Below, piece by piece: positions 21,602 to 24,000 of a DNA stretch of 24,000 bases (position 1 is the stretch's first letter; each line of letters begins with the position of its first letter). This DNA comes from Methanobacterium petrolearium. GTDB taxonomy: Archaea > Methanobacteriota > Methanobacteria > Methanobacteriales > Methanobacteriaceae. Position numbers and translations under genes: made by a program. Location of the stretch: positions 388,284 to 412,283 of the forward strand of contig NZ_JAGGKL010000001.1 in assembly GCF_017873625.1 (NCBI RefSeq), written 5' to 3'. A model generated the notes under the pieces. The model saw only the letters and a program-made list of their open reading frames with translations. It was not told where the DNA came from and did not search any database.

Positions 21602-22444
21602 TTATTGTTTGAGTTTGCTTTCAATTATCCTAGCTTCTGCATTACATTTTTCCTTAATAATATTTCCGATACTCTTTTCCAGCATGTGGGGGTTAATTGA
21701 AATCCAAATATTTGCATCTTTGTCGTTTTTCAGTTTTTTAACTTCTAAAACGCCATTAGATTCTTTTAAAGCTACGATTGCTTTTTCAATATCTGCATCG
21801 GTTTTTATGCGCATCTCTGCACTTCGCCAGTTAGTCATTTTTTTGGCAATCTCTATTTTATCCAGTTCTCCTTCTATTTTACTGTTGATATGAGAGTAAA
21901 GGGGCAGGATTATGATAGCAACGGCTAAACCAGCAATAGTAGTTATAAGAGCAACATATATTCCTTCAGCCATGGCGGTAGGGCTGGCATTCACGCCCAG
22001 TGCTTTGAAAGTGTACCACATTCCAAGAACAGTCCCTATCAATCCTAAAAGAGGGGCAACTTCGATAATAGTTCGGATGGTGTCCATTCCTTTGGTCATA
22101 TGTCTAATTTCGACAATGAAGACCCGTTCCATCGCATCTTCCACTTCTCTATTGTTTCTAAAACCAATTTTCAAGGCTTCGGCGACAATTTTAGAAATGG
22201 GGTTTTGATAACGTCCAATGGAACGTAAAGCCTCCAAAGAACCGCCTCTTTCCATTGCTTTGTTCACTTCTCCCATAATTTCGGGTAAACCTACCTGAGA
22301 TATCTTACGTAGATAATAAATTTTCTCCACAGAATAGAATACACCATAGATACCAATTATGGTAATGATGTAGGTGATTACCCCTCCACTTTTAAACATT
22401 TCCATTATGGTGTTGATGGAGTTGGCGAAGAATTCGTAGATCAT
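21602..22444 (-). CDS. exbB: MotA/TolQ/ExbB-family proton channel protein with a C-terminal extension
   Basis: Three TM helices and the family signature EVAPLLGLIGTVLGMWYTF...GIYVALITTIAGLAVAII. About 75 extra residues follow the usual C-terminus. Confidence 0.8.
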   Translation of the reverse strand: MIYEFFANSINTIMEMFKSGGVITYIITIIGIYGVFYSVEKIYYLRKISQVGLPEIMGEVNKAMERGGSLEALRSIGRYQNPISKIVAEALKIGFRNNREVEDAMERVFIVEIRHMTKGMDTIRTIIEVAPLLGLIGTVLGMWYTFKALGVNASPTAMAEGIYVALITTIAGLAVAIIILPLYSHINSKIEGELDKIEIAKKMTNWRSAEMRIKTDADIEKAIVALKESNGVLEVKKLKNDKDANIWISINPHMLEKSIGNIIKEKCNAEARIIESKLKQ

Positions 22445-22499
22445 CTTATCCTCTTATTAAATTTCATTGATGTTAAGGGAATGTAATTTTTTTAGACAA

Positions 22500-23114
22500 T
22501 TATTTTATTATTTTTTCAACGGTAGCCCAAGATCTGCGTACAAAATCTGGTAGTTCTCCTGGAGAAAGTGTTTTCAGGAATTTAATTGTTTTAGGATCAC
22601 TGGGATAACCGGAACCAATATCTGCTTTACATTCTTTTCGGATGTCCTGAATTGCCCTGTCACGTTCTACCTTGGCAATGATGGAGGCTGCAGAAACTAT
22701 GGGGTAACGATCATCTGCTTTGTGTTCAGCCACCACCTTTACTTCAGGGTGTATTGCTTCCAGTTCACCAGTTAAACGTTCTGGTTTGACATCCATGGAA
22801 TCGATGAAACAGGTTGAAGGACTGGATTTGCCGATGATACGATTGATGGCAATTTTTTCAATCTCGTTTAGGTTAACATCCCTTGATCGTAGCATGTCTA
22901 TATCTTTGGCAGTGATATGTACGGTGTGACATTCAGCGATTCTGTTTATCTTACGGTATAAGGCTATTCTTCTTTTGGGTGAAACCTTCTTGGAATCTTT
23001 TAAACCAAGTCTTTCTAAATATTTAATTCTTTCCTCTTCCAGTGCCACACCGCAAACAACTAGGGGTCCTAAAACAGATCCCCTTCCTGCTTCGTCTATT
23101 CCCATTATTTTCAT
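22500..23114 (-). CDS. rnhB: Ribonuclease HII
   Basis: IMGIDEAGRGSVLGPLVVCG (the DEAGRG catalytic motif), LKDSKK, ASIIAKVERD and GSGYPSD. Confidence 0.92.
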   Translation of the reverse strand: MKIMGIDEAGRGSVLGPLVVCGVALEEERIKYLERLGLKDSKKVSPKRRIALYRKINRIAECHTVHITAKDIDMLRSRDVNLNEIEKIAINRIIGKSSPSTCFIDSMDVKPERLTGELEAIHPEVKVVAEHKADDRYPIVSAASIIAKVERDRAIQDIRKECKADIGSGYPSDPKTIKFLKTLSPGELPDFVRRSWATVEKIIK

Positions 23115-23170
23115 GAGTTGATTGATTACTCCAATGGATTTAGTTTATGGGATTGATTGTGTTTATGAAT

Positions 23171-24000
23171 TTATTTCATGGCTTTTAAACGGACTTCTGG
23201 TTCTAGTGCCCGAGGTTCAGCAGCTACGATGGCAGTTCCTTTGGCCACCACGGTCATTGGATCGTCAGATATCTCTACAGGCACACCGACTTCCTCAAAG
23301 ATCCGTTCTTTAAGTCCTCTAAGTTGTGAAGTTCCTCCTACTACCACAGTCTTGTTGTAGACACCGGAAATTAATTCGGGGGACATTCTTTCTAGTACAT
23401 GGGCTAAGGCTTTAACTAACTTAATAATGATTGGTTCAGCAGCATCTGCCACTAGATTGGAATCTATTTCAACCTTTTTTGGTTTGTTGGTTTCAAGTGA
23501 TTTACCAATGACAATGGTTTTACCGCCTTCACTGTCACTTTGGGAGTGAACCATTCCTACTTCAATTTTGGCCTTTTCAGCTTCGTGAATTCCTATTTCC
23601 ACGTTGTAGATTTCTTTAACTTTTTCCACGATGTTAGAATCGATATCGTCTCCACCACTACGGATGGTTTCAATATCAGTTATTCCTCCTAATGAAATAA
23701 CCACCACATCACTTGATCCAGCTCCTATATCAACAACCATGGTACCGGATGCTTCTGCTATTGGCAGTCCTGCTCCGATGGCTGCAGCCAGCCCTTCACT
23801 AATCACCAAAACGTAATTGGCACCTGCTTTTTTACCTATGTCTTCAACAGCTTTTTTTTCCACTTCAGAAGCATCTCCAGGAATACCAACTACTATGCGG
23901 TCTATGAGTTCTTTTTCTTCTCCTGAACCAAGGTCCATGGAGTATATTAGCAGGGCTTCTGCCTGGGCTATACTTTCAATAACTCCCTGTCTGAGTGGTC
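23171..24000 (-). CDS. mreB: MreB actin-like protein, N-terminus beyond the window edge
   Basis: The frame stays open upstream of the M at 23938 (...PLRQGVIESIAQAEALLIYSMDLG...). MreB-type motifs are EGLAAAIGAGLPIAEASGTMVVDIGAGSSDVVVISLGGI, VVGGTSQLRGLKERI and DPMTVVAKG. Confidence 0.82.
   Translation of the reverse strand, partial: PLRQGVIESIAQAEALLIYSMDLGSGEEKELIDRIVVGIPGDASEVEKKAVEDIGKKAGANYVLVISEGLAAAIGAGLPIAEASGTMVVDIGAGSSDVVVISLGGITDIETIRSGGDDIDSNIVEKVKEIYNVEIGIHEAEKAKIEVGMVHSQSDSEGGKTIVIGKSLETNKPKKVEIDSNLVADAAEPIIIKLVKALAHVLERMSPELISGVYNKTVVVGGTSQLRGLKERIFEEVGVPVEISDDPMTVVAKGTAIVAAEPRALEPEVRLKAMK

Noticed and set aside
21103-22444. ExbB/ExbD pair as a Zorya-like (ZorAB) anti-phage defence system
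   Set aside because: No ZorC/ZorD-type or other effector genes (nuclease, helicase) are adjacent. The ExbB-like protein lacks the long coiled-coil tail typical of ZorA. The flanking genes are housekeeping.

Overview
This is a chromosomal segment of a methanogenic archaeon, most consistent with Methanobacteriales. It is AT-rich and carries GatD/GatE, MCR activation component A2, a methanogenesis-marker-9 protein, F420 genes cofD/cofE, GTP cyclohydrolase III, archaeal IMP cyclohydrolase PurO and MreB. I call 28 protein-coding features (27 CDS and one frameshifted pseudogene) in four strand blocks: + 1-6729, - 6840-9694, + 9879-12414 and - 12498-24000. I saw no rRNA, tRNA, CRISPR array, transposase or integrase. 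Most of the window is housekeeping or cofactor metabolism. All calls rest on motif recognition by eye plus start-codon and RBS inspection, because no alignment or search could be run. I found no clear-cut novel system, and the observations below are the ones worth a second look. (1) An ExbB/ExbD-type proton-channel pair has no TonB/TolA partner in an organism without an outer membrane, and its ExbB carries an extra C-terminal soluble domain. (2) A Cys-rich methanogenesis-marker-9 protein with a UBA-like tail is translationally coupled to atwA and followed by sirC and hemA. (3) An MsvR-like ArsR+V4R regulator lies in a block with a Zn-ribbon gene, a frameshifted cupin gene and a class-III hcp, and the hcp promoter carries two tandem palindromic boxes. 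(4) An F420/flavin cluster (purO-cofE-cofD-gch3) contains an uncharacterised Dus-like TIM-barrel gene and an apparently leaderless 50-codon ORF absent from the ORF track. (5) A 32-nt tandem duplication at the 3' end of a membrane-protein gene has copies that differ only at synonymous positions.
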